Below, piece by piece: positions 42,517-55,422 of a DNA stretch of 64,000 bases. The stretch is taken from positions 3,370,513 through 3,434,512 of the forward strand of contig CM082588.2 of NCBI GenBank assembly GCA_040954595.2, in the 5' to 3' direction. Source of the DNA: Balanoglossus misakiensis (taxonomy: Eukaryota; Animalia; Hemichordata). Below the pieces are notes generated by a model that saw only the letters and a program-made list of their open reading frames with translations, was not told where the DNA came from and ran no database searches. The translations under genes and the position numbers were made by a program. Position 1 is the stretch's first letter. Each line of letters opens with the position of its first letter.

Positions 42517-45500
42517 CTGCAGTAAAACAAAAATAAAAATGGGCCGGGAAAAACAGCTGCGGGTCATCTGTTCGATTTACACCCCAGACAGGAGCTCATT
42601 TAATTGTCCAAGACCAAATTTGTTTTGTGTATAGTCGAATATCTATGTTTAACTTTCATAAACGGAAAGTTCGCAAATGTACACAGTTTGGACAAACTTA
42701 CGACCCTGCTGAGGAAACCTTCTGAATATTTTACAAATTTCGGCAACTTCGTTTCGGTCGGCGGTAAAGTGCGGACTACAAAGTGGTAAAGGTGTAGGTT
42801 CCGCGTTAATGTAATCCATTTCAATTCGGCACTTGGAGTAGCCTTTCTGCAAACACCACCGAAACAGATCCAGTTGCAGGGGGAAATTAACCCGAGATGA
42901 CCTGAATAATTTCGCGAGAGAAATTGTTTCCTGGGCAAATTAGCCGACAAGGTTGTCTGTAAGGCGAAACCGCCATCTTTTAAATGAGTACTTCGAATGT
43001 TGTCGATGCAACCGAGCGCGACCGGTACAATTTCTGTCGAAATTAACAAGCTTTTAATTTCAACGCCTTTGTTGGGTGCTCTTATCGCCGGCTGGTGTGT
43101 TCTGCGCGCTAATTTGCCCCCGACCTTTTGTCTCTGCGCGTCTGCGGCTTTGTAGGGGTGCTCTCAACGGGGCAACCCCGGTCCCTACAGGTACAACCAC
43201 TCCATTGTCCAACCCACTTGTCAGTGTCTAAGTAATAAATATCAAGCGAATCGTTGCTCGTGAACGTCGCTGGTTCGTACGACTCAAGAAAAATACACCC
43301 CAATTTGGGGCCACGCGAACTTGAATATAACAACTTAACAAAGACACGCCCTTGTCAAGAAAACGGGTGTATTAACTCGGTACACTGAACTGCGAAGATA
43401 GTTGTCAGATACAACCGGCAGACCTGATCACCTGATCACACTTTCTAAACAGCGCCGACTTCCTTACAAGACATTTTGCGACTAACCATGTGTCCTATGT
43501 TTCTACAAGCTTTTAAAGTCCATTACATGTAAATAGTAAACCGTTTTCCCTGTAGAAAGACATAACACCTGGAGGTGTTAAGTATGTTAAACATCCTTTG
43601 TTTGATTATCGATGCATAATTGATGCCGCTGTCGGATTCTCAATCGAATGAGGAACGTTATGTCATTAGAGAGGATTCGAACTCCAATATACAATGTACT
43701 TGATATTCATGTTGCACTGTACTTAGACACATTTCATGCTTTTCATGCATGACCGTGAAGCATTCACGATCACACTTGATCGCGAGTCGTCCATCACGAA
43801 TGCTTGTTGATGAAACCCCTTCCCTTTCACGTAGCTCATCCTCGAACGCTTGAACAATGTGCAGACCTGTTTTAACCTGAATGATCTCAGACGTTGCCCT
43901 TCTTCGCACGTGTCCGGCGTTGGAGTCTATAGTACATACAGCTCGGCGCTGTCAAAATAAAAAAAGTTGAACGACCGGTGCCCTGATTAACAAGAGAGGG
44001 ATCATTCGTTTGGTCAAAACACGACCAACAACTGCATGCAGCATGTTCTTAGAGGTGACACCGTCCGCATATCCCGGCGACCGATCGAGGCCAGAGCTAA
44101 CGGTGTTGATTTATACACAAGCCGGGTGGGCTCGGCAACTATGTGGTTGTATTCTGCGATTAATGGACGGTAGGGTCCCGACTATGTGCCAATCTCTGCT
44201 AGATATATAGTGCAGAGGTTATGCCTTGCTAGGGAGATTGCAGTTTTAAGCGTCCATTTGTCAAACAGTCCTACACAATATATATAAAATACACAGAAAC
44301 GAATCGATTTATCACTAATTGATAACAGTAAATGTTACAGATGTACCCCAACATTGCAGTGGTCAGATAATAGTGTCTTGAACAAGAGCAGTACTGTATA
44401 AAAAGGAATATCCAATATAGAAACAAAAGTTATAAATGTGATAGAATTTGAACGACTGCTGAAACGGGAACGCGTGTACCTGAATGACAATCATAATTAC
44501 GCAATTGTTGCTCCCTGGCTGATTTCAGTTGTAATACGACAACGCATAGCAAATTATTCCATGGTCCATCTTTAATGGAACCGAGCAAAATGTGTCATGT
44601 GACTCGGAACACTAAGCTTTCATATTCTCGATCAAAAATAGTGGTGCCAGTTTTTGATGTGTTGTAAATCCTCCCCCAATAATACAAAAAATGTAGTCTT
44701 TAATTATCCGTCTGAAAATTCTCTTTCGGATATTTTTTTTTCAATTTTATAAAGTACTAACTGTTTCAAGGTGTTTGGGATTACGTTATCCGTCAAGTCG
44801 GCAATCCCAGTCGGTCGTGATAGCATAAGTTGAGGTTTTTTACCATGTACACTGATGTGATACAGTTTCAACTTTATGACTGATATCATTGTTAAAATTC
44901 GCAGACTTTTATTTTAACGCGACGTTTGTTTTCAATCGCTTTTAAAGGCTCCTTCACTGTACTCTGAAAAACGTGAAATGATTTTTTTTTCTGTGCAAGA
45001 GAGAGAGATAGCACACACAAGCACCGGGGTTCTTCGCGACCGATATTTGCGTTTCCACTGATTTCAAAGAAACGCAAAATTAATCTTTTTTTCAATTCAG
45101 CCTATGTAATCGATATCAAAATACAAAACCAAAAGAGGATTACATACGCGTGTTGCAAATCACAAATTCGACGCACGAATTTCCCGCCAAACTGGGGTCA
45201 ATCTTCTTTTCTAGTTAATGCTCTTCCCGTACTTACATCATCGTTTCAGTTCCAACGGAGTAAAAACAACCATTCTAATAATTTATATATGTAATATTGT
45301 CATTAATAGTATATAAAACCTGTCCTGTTGATTCCAACGTTTTCATTATCTATATAGATGGAGGGTTCCTTTGGGGGGTAACCAATTTTTACAGTTGACA
45401 AGAATAAGCCGGGTTATTTTTAATAATATCCCTTTTCAAGTCTCCGGGTAAACCGCTTCTCTGTCACATATACCGAATCATTTCGCGCAGACAGGGATTA

Positions 45501-46831
45501 ACCTGATTAAATCGTTTTATTCCGATCGACATTCAATGAATATGTAGATTTCGTCACTTTTTTCGTCATCTGTGAGCCGTTTCACTTGAATCTCCCGATC
45601 GCTTCTTGATTGCGTCGTCGTGTATAGTCAAGCAGGGATTGTACTACAGCCGTGTCCGTTTCTACCTTCCTGTAACATTGTCCATTTCTACAATGTTGAT
45701 TCACATTCTTGTCGTACCGGTCTCTTTGATAGGTTGTTTCTACCTGATCGACTGTCTCTGTGTTAGATGTGTTTACAAGCAAAGCTAAACTATGCCGGTT
45801 GCTAAAAATATATCGAGAAGACGGCATCTCCTCAATTATTCTGAAATTATACAAATATTTGCACATAACCACGTGACAGAACACAGTCACTAAGCCTTAT
45901 CGAGTAAAAGTTGTCAGCTTTTGAGCTCGGGACACGTATGTCACTTTTCCATTTCTGAAACATCTGGAAAGTGATTTTTTCAGAAATGATACACAAGGTA
46001 GATCATTTAAGCCGTGAAGCTTTTTAAACAGCAAACCTTGAGAGTGCGCGGTCCCCACATCGAAATGACACTAACAACAGCGAAGTCCGATTCAGTACCG
46101 GAAAAACAACAGTGTCCAATCAAAGGTGACAACATTATACTATATGATCAAGAAAATAAATGGTTAACTACATTCTTTGGGGACAGTTTCCCGGATTGAA
46201 AAATATTGTCGGCGTCATCCATTTGGAATTAAAGTACATGCGAATATATAGGGTTACTCCGCGAAAACTTGATTACCTTGTTTTGGGGGAATGTTAGAGG
46301 CGATAATCTTGATTTTAGACTAGGGGCTTTACACTCAAATACGTCCTAGTGTTTCTCATAGAGTAATTGACTTCTTAAAAAGCTTGTGTGTTTGATCCAA
46401 TGCCCGGGGGATGCACCACAATACACCGACTTTGTCGCTGAGTAAAAGGTCGACGTAAAGCGACAGGTAGGGGCGGTGGTAAATCTGTTGTCCCAGGGAA
46501 ATGAAAACTCGATCTGGTATAAGATGATATTAGCAAAGGTCGCCTGGGAAATCGGCCCATCTTAATAAAGCTGTTGTCATGTTCGGATTAGGGGGATAAT
46601 GTTAACGCCTGCTAACAAGGGCTTTGCCCGCCACGTCCTTGCGTCAGTTTCATCGATCGCTTGGCGACTGAGACGAGGGAGGAAAAACCCGCCGCGTGCT
46701 CATTTCTGTCGAAGACCCGAAAAAATCGATGGGAGATGCTCAATAGCGCAAGATACTATCTGCTCCACATTCATTATATTTCTAACTAGCTCTCTCGATT
46801 TTTCATTCCATGCCTGATTTTTACAAGGCCG

Positions 46832-46934
46832 TCTCTTTCCCTCTTCCCTCACTTTCTCCCAACAGCCATCTCTTTCTCTCTCTCTTTCCCCTCTCCCCTC
46901 TCTCATCCCTTCTCCCTCTCTTCCTCCCCCTCTC
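46832..46934. repeat. Polypyrimidine (CT-rich) low-complexity tract
   Basis: About 100 nt, almost all C/T (tctctttccctcttccctc...ttcctccccctctc). Confidence 0.7.
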
Positions 46935-49900
46935 ATAACCAGTTTGAGCTATTTCGTTGTCTTTAATGATTACATCATCAACTAATATCTACAATTTCTT
47001 TCCATATCGCAAATAAATACACGAGTGAGGGAAAACAAAGTCCGAGGGGATTTGTCAAAAGTAAAAAAATCCCCGCATCTCTCGATCTTATCGTCTGCGC
47101 GAGTTTAACCGATTTTCATTGGCGTGATAATCAGAATATATTGCCGAGTTGTTTGCCTGTTGCGAGAACAAGAGAAAACTGTCGGCGAGGAGAGATAATG
47201 ATGAGAACGGAAACTCAATGGTAGAAGCCAATTGAGATTTCTGAAGACTTCTCCTATGGTTCCACGACGCAAAGTCGTTTGCGTGTAGATATTCGACAAG
47301 TAATTCAGTTATGGAACAGGAAGGGACTTGGTTACTTTTGCAATAAAGAGAATGAATGGGGCGAGTATGGATTTAGCCCGGGGCTAAATACGAGATGGCG
47401 CGTTCGCCCGAAATGAACAGCCATAGCTGGCTTCTTCTAGCTCACGTGGAAGGGCTCTTTGCTGCAGGCACAAGTCGCTCGTTCCCTCGTAATGTTCAGT
47501 TAAGTCCGGGGACTTGCTGTTCGAATACTCATTGATTAGTTATATTAAGAAGGACTGCCCCAGGCACCGGTGCAATTATCGTTGGAACAACGGGACAGCG
47601 CGCCAAATAATCTCCCCATCCACCGATACCTTTGCGAATAGCATTGTCGTGCGTATAATCGACTCTTTCTTCGCTCTGTACGCAATCATTAAACAATTTT
47701 CAGACTGGTGATGAACGCTCTCTATATTTAAGAAGTTGCCTCCTTTGTCGCCGGCTCGAATTATGCCATTTTCTTGTTGAAAAAATGAACCAAAGGAAAG
47801 AGAGAAGTTACGCCGCGCTTTCCGCTTACCGCTAAGATTTTTTTTTACAAATCTCGATGGTGTGTAGAATGGAACAATCAAAAGAAAACACTCGACGATC
47901 ATCAAACGTGACGCGTCGATTCGTGCTGTGGTTGTTGAAAAAAAGAGGGGATATCCTTGACTTTGGAGTCAATTGTTTCCCGACGATTTAATCCATGGGC
48001 AGAGATAAACAGCTTACAATCAAAATGACTGGATTTGACTTTGCTATAATAGCCAACTCGCGTCTGTTTCCTACTCTTTCAACCCACAAGATCCCAGCGC
48101 CTCTTTCGGCGTACACCCGGCGAGACACGCATTCCCACCAGTTTTAAATGGTCGGGGTGGTGGACACACGCGATCGCTATGTTCTCAAAATTATCATTAA
48201 CCGCAATGCTCAACACTTACATACTTTACTTGATTGTAAACTTTATTTTATTCTCTTTTGACTTACAGAAAAAATCAGCCTCTCCCGTTTCAAGAAACCT
48301 GTGATTTTACACGAGTGAACGCAACTCTTCGGTGCATGGGTAAGTAGAGGCCAGCCGATTGGCTAAAGGCCATTTTTGTGTAACAGGCGCGGTACTATCA
48401 ACCAATAAGCTACCCCCACACAACTAGGCAACTAATGCCCGGTTCCGTTCTGGTTAACATCCCGCCCTACGTTTTGATTGAAGTGCTCGATTGCTCCCTA
48501 TCAAACTTTTACCGGCATTGCAAATAACAACAACAATAACAACATTGTCAACTTTTCGACACGTATATGACAATAGAGAAAACTCACAGCTGTATATCTT
48601 GTCAGAAAAGGTACCGTAGAATAGCTTTATATGAGATGCTTTTTTCATCCCGAACAAATTAATACATCATGAAAGAGTTATCAACATAAACGCGAACAAG
48701 CAACGTATAGAGTATTAAATGGATGGTACACAATGGTTGACAGTGGTGTAGGTAGATAGCCACATGTCTCCATACAGAAAACCCGTCAGTTTCATTCGGT
48801 TCTGCACCGGTATTTAAAAAGGGGGGAGGTTTTCCTTTTTAAAAGCGCGCTAATGAGTCCGAGATAGTGTGTGACAGTGAACCGTCTAAGGTAGCGCGAC
48901 ACTTGAAACAGTCGACAAGCTCTGGGAATAATGACGGCTATACCCCCGAGCCGTTTTGCAGCTTTATTTGAAGTCTCATACGAACAATGGTCCGCGGTTT
49001 GACAAAACAGTTTTTGTTGTTGGACGTGCTTAAGTTAGGAAATCACGAGGCTTGCTCGGGGCTTTTTTCTACTTATTCCACCCAATTAGAGGCAGAAGTC
49101 GACAAATCCCGGTACTTCTTTCACTTGGCAGCGGCTGAGATTTCACCTCGGAAAAATAACAAACGCAACAACATCGCGTTTTCTTTAAAAATTTGTAAAC
49201 TTGGGATCTAAGTTTTGTGTAAGCCGAACAGCGGGGAAGTTCTTGTGTTGTCGTAGTTGTGCCATCCCCAACGGGCGTGAACACAGAAGCGCGTGAGCGA
49301 TGAAAAAAGAGAACGACGCAGGACGATTTGCAATACCAAGTTTAAAAAGTCAAAGGGTGTTTCTATTCATGCGCCTGTAAGAAGAAAACCAAAGGAGACA
49401 TTGGTATCATTTATGTGTATCAACCACCGCGGCGACAATACACTTCCAGAGCCATTATATTCTAGGGCGTAAGAACCTCGACAAAAGTTAAACTATCTCT
49501 CATAAAGTCAAGAACTTCAACGGTGTGTGTCCTGAAGATACACGTCTTTGTGCGCTGAACTGCGTGAAGCAAATCTACAAGTATCGATTCTGGCAATTGT
49601 ATCACGACTCAGAGAATTGGCCACTGGAGGAACCGATTGTCAATTGTCCCCATAAAGCGTGGCAGAACACAGTACATATACAACCAGGCAAAAGTTGTTA
49701 TTAGAGTGTTGTAGCAGTTTAGTTTGCATGATGTGAAAAAGTAAAATAGTATTAAACGCCTTCATGTAAAATTAACTTCAACAAAGCACATGGAGCTCAT
49801 CTTTCGCTTATAAGCTTACTTTGATCTAATATTTAAAAAATATTCAAAAACTTGTAAAGTATATAAGGCGGAAAAGTGTGGCTTGCGGTGTGAATTTTTG

Positions 49901-52900
49901 ATAACGCTTGCTCTGAAAAGTAAATTTTGAAAATAAGCGGGGGACTGACAACTTGCTAAGTGTACACGTTCCAAAAGGACATGTTAACTGTTATCTGCCA
50001 TGCGCTGGTGTTAAATATGCGCGAAGTACACGTAAAAATCGAGAATTACAAGAGAAAAATCAATAAAGTCAGTGTAAACAGTACAGAAACTGGTTATTGA
50101 CAACAGAATCGTTTTCAACTAGTATTACAGTCGAGACTTAACCCAGACAGTCCTTCACATGATGATGATAATTTGATATAGAGCGTAATGTTAGTTGCCC
50201 CAGGCGTATAGAATGATGATGAAAACTCCATGAGATAAGATCTGAGAGAAATTTGACGGATGATAAAAAAGTGGCGCAATTATTATTCTGATCGGAAATG
50301 CTCGGTTCGTTATATTTCGCATAGGTTCACGGGAATACGAGAACTCGGATTACGACCGATGTTTGTCTAGCATTGTTCGATTCGTCATCACATATGGCGC
50401 GGTCGCAGCGAGAGGTGTGGAAAGCGACGAGAATTTCTGACTGGATCGATGCAATATGCAACTCTGTGTGAAAATGCCCTGTTTGGATAGGTTTTTCCCC
50501 CAGCCTTTTTGTCAATAAGCTTATAGGGACGTCGGTGACGAAGCGAGCAGTCGGTGGACTTTGTGGTTTAACATACGATCGCCGGATTTGCATCTCGTCT
50601 GGTGTATAGGCAGCACGTGGATATATTTTCTTTTACAAAAAGTAATGAAAAAGTTGTGTCTCTGGTACACGAGGAACTGTGTTGAACTTAACTAAAATCA
50701 GAGTTGTATTTGTACGATGTTTACAGTGAAAATACAAAAACATGAAGTACACGTATGTCTTTGCACGAGCGCTGGTTGGAGCTATGGGGACAAGGTTGTT
50801 TGTTCGCCAGGGCGGTGTTTCACGCATGCGCTTCAAGGTCCACGTAAAGACGCATCCAATAAACGTCGATAAGACTATCCCAAACCGTAGATTAAATTGA
50901 AACTATGTAACACCACCCAAGATTTTATAACTTCATTCCCCATTCAAAATCATCAGTAAATTACAGGGAGAAATTTCCCTGCGTGTGTTGCAAATGAAAC
51001 TGCCGATTGATATTGCTCGAATGTTGTCCACCATGAAACCCTACGTGCCCAACAAACTCATCCCAGCATTAGGCAATAATTATCAGACACAAATACAAGT
51101 TATTCAAACCTTCAGTGACTCCTTGGCAATCTCTTTCCCAACTACGAATTCAAACTCAAAGTGTATTCAGTTTCCATCGATGTAATGAGCGTGCGTCGCT
51201 TATTACCATTGCCGTCCGCGTATTAAAACAGAAACGCTCGGGAAGAGGAAAAGTGGCCATAAATGCGAAAGATCAAATGTTCATTATAAAAAAATATTTT
51301 ACTTATGAAGGCGATTTTCTTTGTACAGATCCAATCGTTTACTGGATCGTAATACCGTGGCGATGTACGAGACGACCTTTTCGAAGTAAACTCCCCCATT
51401 ATTTTTAGTAAAACTCCTGAAAATTGAAATGCGCAATCTCTGTCCGCGCAACGAAGCGTCAACCACGTGACCTATTCAAGAACTTTGCGCACGGGGAAAA
51501 ACTTCCGCTGTCGCGACGTCTCCCCTCGTCCATATTTGTTCAAGTTTGAGAGTGAGTGACTTGTTCTGACCCAAGCCCTGGGGGGAGTTATGATATCCCG
51601 GTGCCTAAAAGCGCTCTTTCAATTACAACCATTCCACGTTAAGTAAAGAGCAAACATCTCGCGAACAATGGACCAGTTCAGCTAACGATTTCCATTTTGT
51701 GTTATTACAGAAAGGGCCTTTTGATATCCATAATGGCGATTAAAATATGGTGAATTTCACCAATTATTGTGAAGTCGGTGCTTCATTTAAAGCTAATCTT
51801 CGTACAGGTTAAGGCTACGGTCACCATTGTGTCGTTCGCTAACGACAGAATAACCACATTTCATTCAAGTTGTCGTCTGACAGTTTTTCTGCCAAATGCA
51901 TTACACGTCAGACTTTCCCCGGATTTTGCGCACTTTTGCGACGTCACTGAAATGTAGGATAGTTTTGCTGGAGATAAGCGTAGAATTGTTTCACCGCAAG
52001 TCTGAATTGTTATGTTTTACAGATTTATCCCGCTTTTGCCTACTTTTCGCCGTAATGAGTATTTTATTGGGGCCCATATTAGACGGCAGTCTGAGTCAAT
52101 TAGCCAGTCTATCATTGCCCTGACTTTTGATTGACTCCAAGAACAAACAGAGCACGCGCCAACGCCGTGTTGGCCTTTTCCGTCAACGGAAACTCGTCCT
52201 GAAACCGGCGCACCTGAATGGAATACGAATGACCGGGTTTGCCACTGAGCACTGTAGATGTCGACCAGCTCAGAATTCGCCGTCTCTTTAATAGTCGTTC
52301 GCAGCTGTCGACATCCCGTATGCCCACTCTAACTCGCTTAAGCGTCGTTACAAATTAATGTTTGTGTTTCTGGCCTACGTGATTACACTGTGGCTTTCGT
52401 TTCCTCGGCTCAGTAGGACGGCATTATCGCGGCTACGGGTCGAAGCGGGGAGCTCCAAGCACCCGGGGCACAGTTCATGATCCTGCATTTTACAATAAAA
52501 CCAACTCATTGGAATAAACAGACTGTTTCCTCTCAATCTCGATAAAATGAACTCATTTATCACCATATCGAACCCCACTGCCAAATCTCGGAAGACCATC
52601 TGACGATACGGTTCAGAGGGAGCTACAGATACCCTTTCAGCGAGCGGGGGGCGATCCCTCAGCGTGAGTCACCCTTGACCCCTCCGTTGTAGTGGTTTGT
52701 CCACGCGCCGATCCACATGGCTGCGCTTCGCTCAACGCAAGACGGATCACCGCGAAATCTTATTAGCCGGGACGTAATTCGCAATATGGGCGTAATCGTC
52801 AATTAATGGTCACCTGAAACTCGCCAAAAACACCTGCGAAAGGAAGGAAATTGCCCAGACGATAAAAATTCCAAACTTTTTTTCACTTTGTCGTTAATTT

Positions 52901-55365
52901 CTCCCCCCCCCCCCGATTTTTGAGTGCTTTCTAATCTACACTAAGGCTGCTCACGGTTGGTCAACTCTCTCTCTGTCTGCGGTCAAGCTACCAATCTCTC
53001 CGCCGAACAAACCGAGAAAAAAACCGCTTCATTTAAAGTTAGTTCATCATACCACCTAAGGTGCGAAAATGATTCCCCTAAGAATTATACTCGGCGACAA
53101 TCTGGACAGTTGAGAATGTCATTGACTGTAAAACCGCCAAGTCACACTCAAGTAATTTGAACAAAAGCCAACACGACCGACCACGCCAAAACAGCAGTCA
53201 AAACAAACAAATTAAAAAAAACACCCCAAACAAACTCGACCGTAGATGATAGGTAGTCTGCCATTGTGGCATAAATTGTGAAATGTTACTCTATCGGTTT
53301 CTCTTTCCCGCGGCTAGAAGTCGTCCACGACACACCAGTCCAGAAATATAACAACGAAAACGGCAACTGGTGCGCATGAGATGGACAGATAGAGATACGT
53401 TTTCCTCAAAGTTTAGAAACGCGATCACTGACAAGTAATATATAGGAGAGAAAAGTACAGTATATGTGAAAATATTTGGATTTGATCGACATCGATGTAT
53501 GTTAAAATCAAATTATATTTAGCGCGTATTAAGATAACGTGAAACTTCGTTGCAAAAAGATCACATGCTTCTGTACAGATACCAGTAGTTTCTGAGTTGT
53601 GGAATGAAATGTGGGCGTCGTACAATCACACCAACAGAAATCGAAATTTTCATAAGGACAACAATCGAACTCGTTAACAGCCCAGTAAAAAGTTCCAAGG
53701 GGTTTAACGTACAGGGAAGACAAAGTCTGTTCAAATTTAGAACTTTCACATACTTTAGATAGGAAATCTTTTTCACCACGTAGTCTATTAGGCAACAAAA
53801 TTGTCTTCGCGGGTAATAAGACTAAAATAAAGGGGTGACCGACACTTTGTGCCCATATCTTTGAATAAGAATCCCGCCAATTGAAAAACCTATAGAATAT
53901 CACTAATTTATACGGCTATAATACCGGCTTTAGTTTATGGAGAAATTTGCCATTGATTATACAGACACCGCTTGGTTGTTGGACGAATTAACCTTATTTC
54001 CACTGGAAGGCTGCTGATACCGTAGCGGTGTCTTTGTACGGATGGGGGACCCAGTCTTCCACGCCCGCAGGCTTCCAACCCTGGGAAGAGAGGTCAAGCC
54101 GTCGCCAACTGCAACCGTACGCTCTAATTGGAGGGATCCAAGTTTCCGCCGTGTTTAACCCAGCGCTACGAAATGAGGCGGTCTAGTCGGAGCCTTTGGC
54201 TGTGCCTGTCTAACTGGTTTTCATCTCGGCTCTGCCGGTAATAGCTGGCAGCTGCCTCGCTGAATTTGATTGAGCTTCCCGGCTTCCAACTCAGCGACTT
54301 TCCAATTTCGCATCGGTTTTCTCCCGTAATTACTGGAAATAATAGCAACAACAAAGGGGTGCGGTAAAAATCCCCCCTCATCTTCGCACTTTCCTTTTCT
54401 CCTGGCAAAAGTTAAATCACATCACCCTAATCCGAGCGGATAAACCCCCAATATATGCATTTACTTGTTCAGAGGGTGTGCTTATTTTTGTCTCCCTTTA
54501 ACAAAGGTCTTCCGCCGTCCTTCCAGTGACTTGTTAATTTATTCATAGTACCCAGGTTCGTCAAAAAGGTAACGCCATAACGACAAAAGATAAAAATACG
54601 AATCTAATTCGCGGTGTTCTCAATATTCTCACCACATTCGGTTGCTTTTATTTTAGAAAGTTTCAGCGCCTCAGAAAGTATGACTTTCAATCAACATCCG
54701 CCTGATTTGTACCCATCCCGTGGTAATCACATCAAACACGGTACAGCTCTCGAATACAGCGCACGGAGGGGTTTAGGTCAGTTATAAATTTGTAAATCAT
54801 GCCTAAGTAACAAGCATTTGTCTAATTTCATTAAATTGTTAATAAATTTACATCTTTTTAGTTCCGTCGGTATATGCCGCTGAAGCTGATCGCATCCGCT
54901 GACCACGGAATCCATGAATGCTTACGCTGCGCTTAACAATACTTCTGCGTGTTTCAGGCACCGATTTGAATAACTAATTAGCGTGCACGATGCAAGTTCA
55001 CTTTTCATCTGAATAGAGTGGAGCGGTTAGTTATGAAACTGATGAAAATCGCTTCGACTGCTTTTCACAGAAATAAAAAGGGCAGCGGAACATGTCGAAT
55101 CGGGTGTAGAACAAGACGAACTCTTTCATATCAGAAATTTCGGGGGAAGTAATTATCCCGGAAAACATTCTGATTAAATTGGGTTTAAATTAGGTAATTA
55201 AGGTTTCTCCTAAAATGAAGAACGGCTTAATACGTTGAGATGTCGTTAATACTTCAGAGCGGGCGCCTGCCCAACTTAAACCGAGGGAACTAACCAAATC
55301 GCAACATCGTGGTAGAGTATAGCTGTACGTATTATTTGCCAGCTCCAGAAATGTTGGCAGTTTCT

Positions 55366-55422
55366 ATGCAAATTAGAGAGCCATAAAGGTGGACTACTCT
55401 TGAATTTGCATAATATGCAAAT
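55366..55422. promoter_or_regulatory. Cluster of three POU octamers (ATGCAAAT), two forming an inverted pair
   Basis: ATGCAAAT 55366-55373; ATTTGCAT-aat-ATGCAAAT 55404-55422. Confidence 0.4.

Noticed and set aside
50159-50245. ATGATGA...ATGATGA...CTGA resembling a C/D snoRNA
   Set aside because: On the plus strand, antisense to the host sim intron; no terminal stem; (ATG)n-like low complexity explains the boxes.
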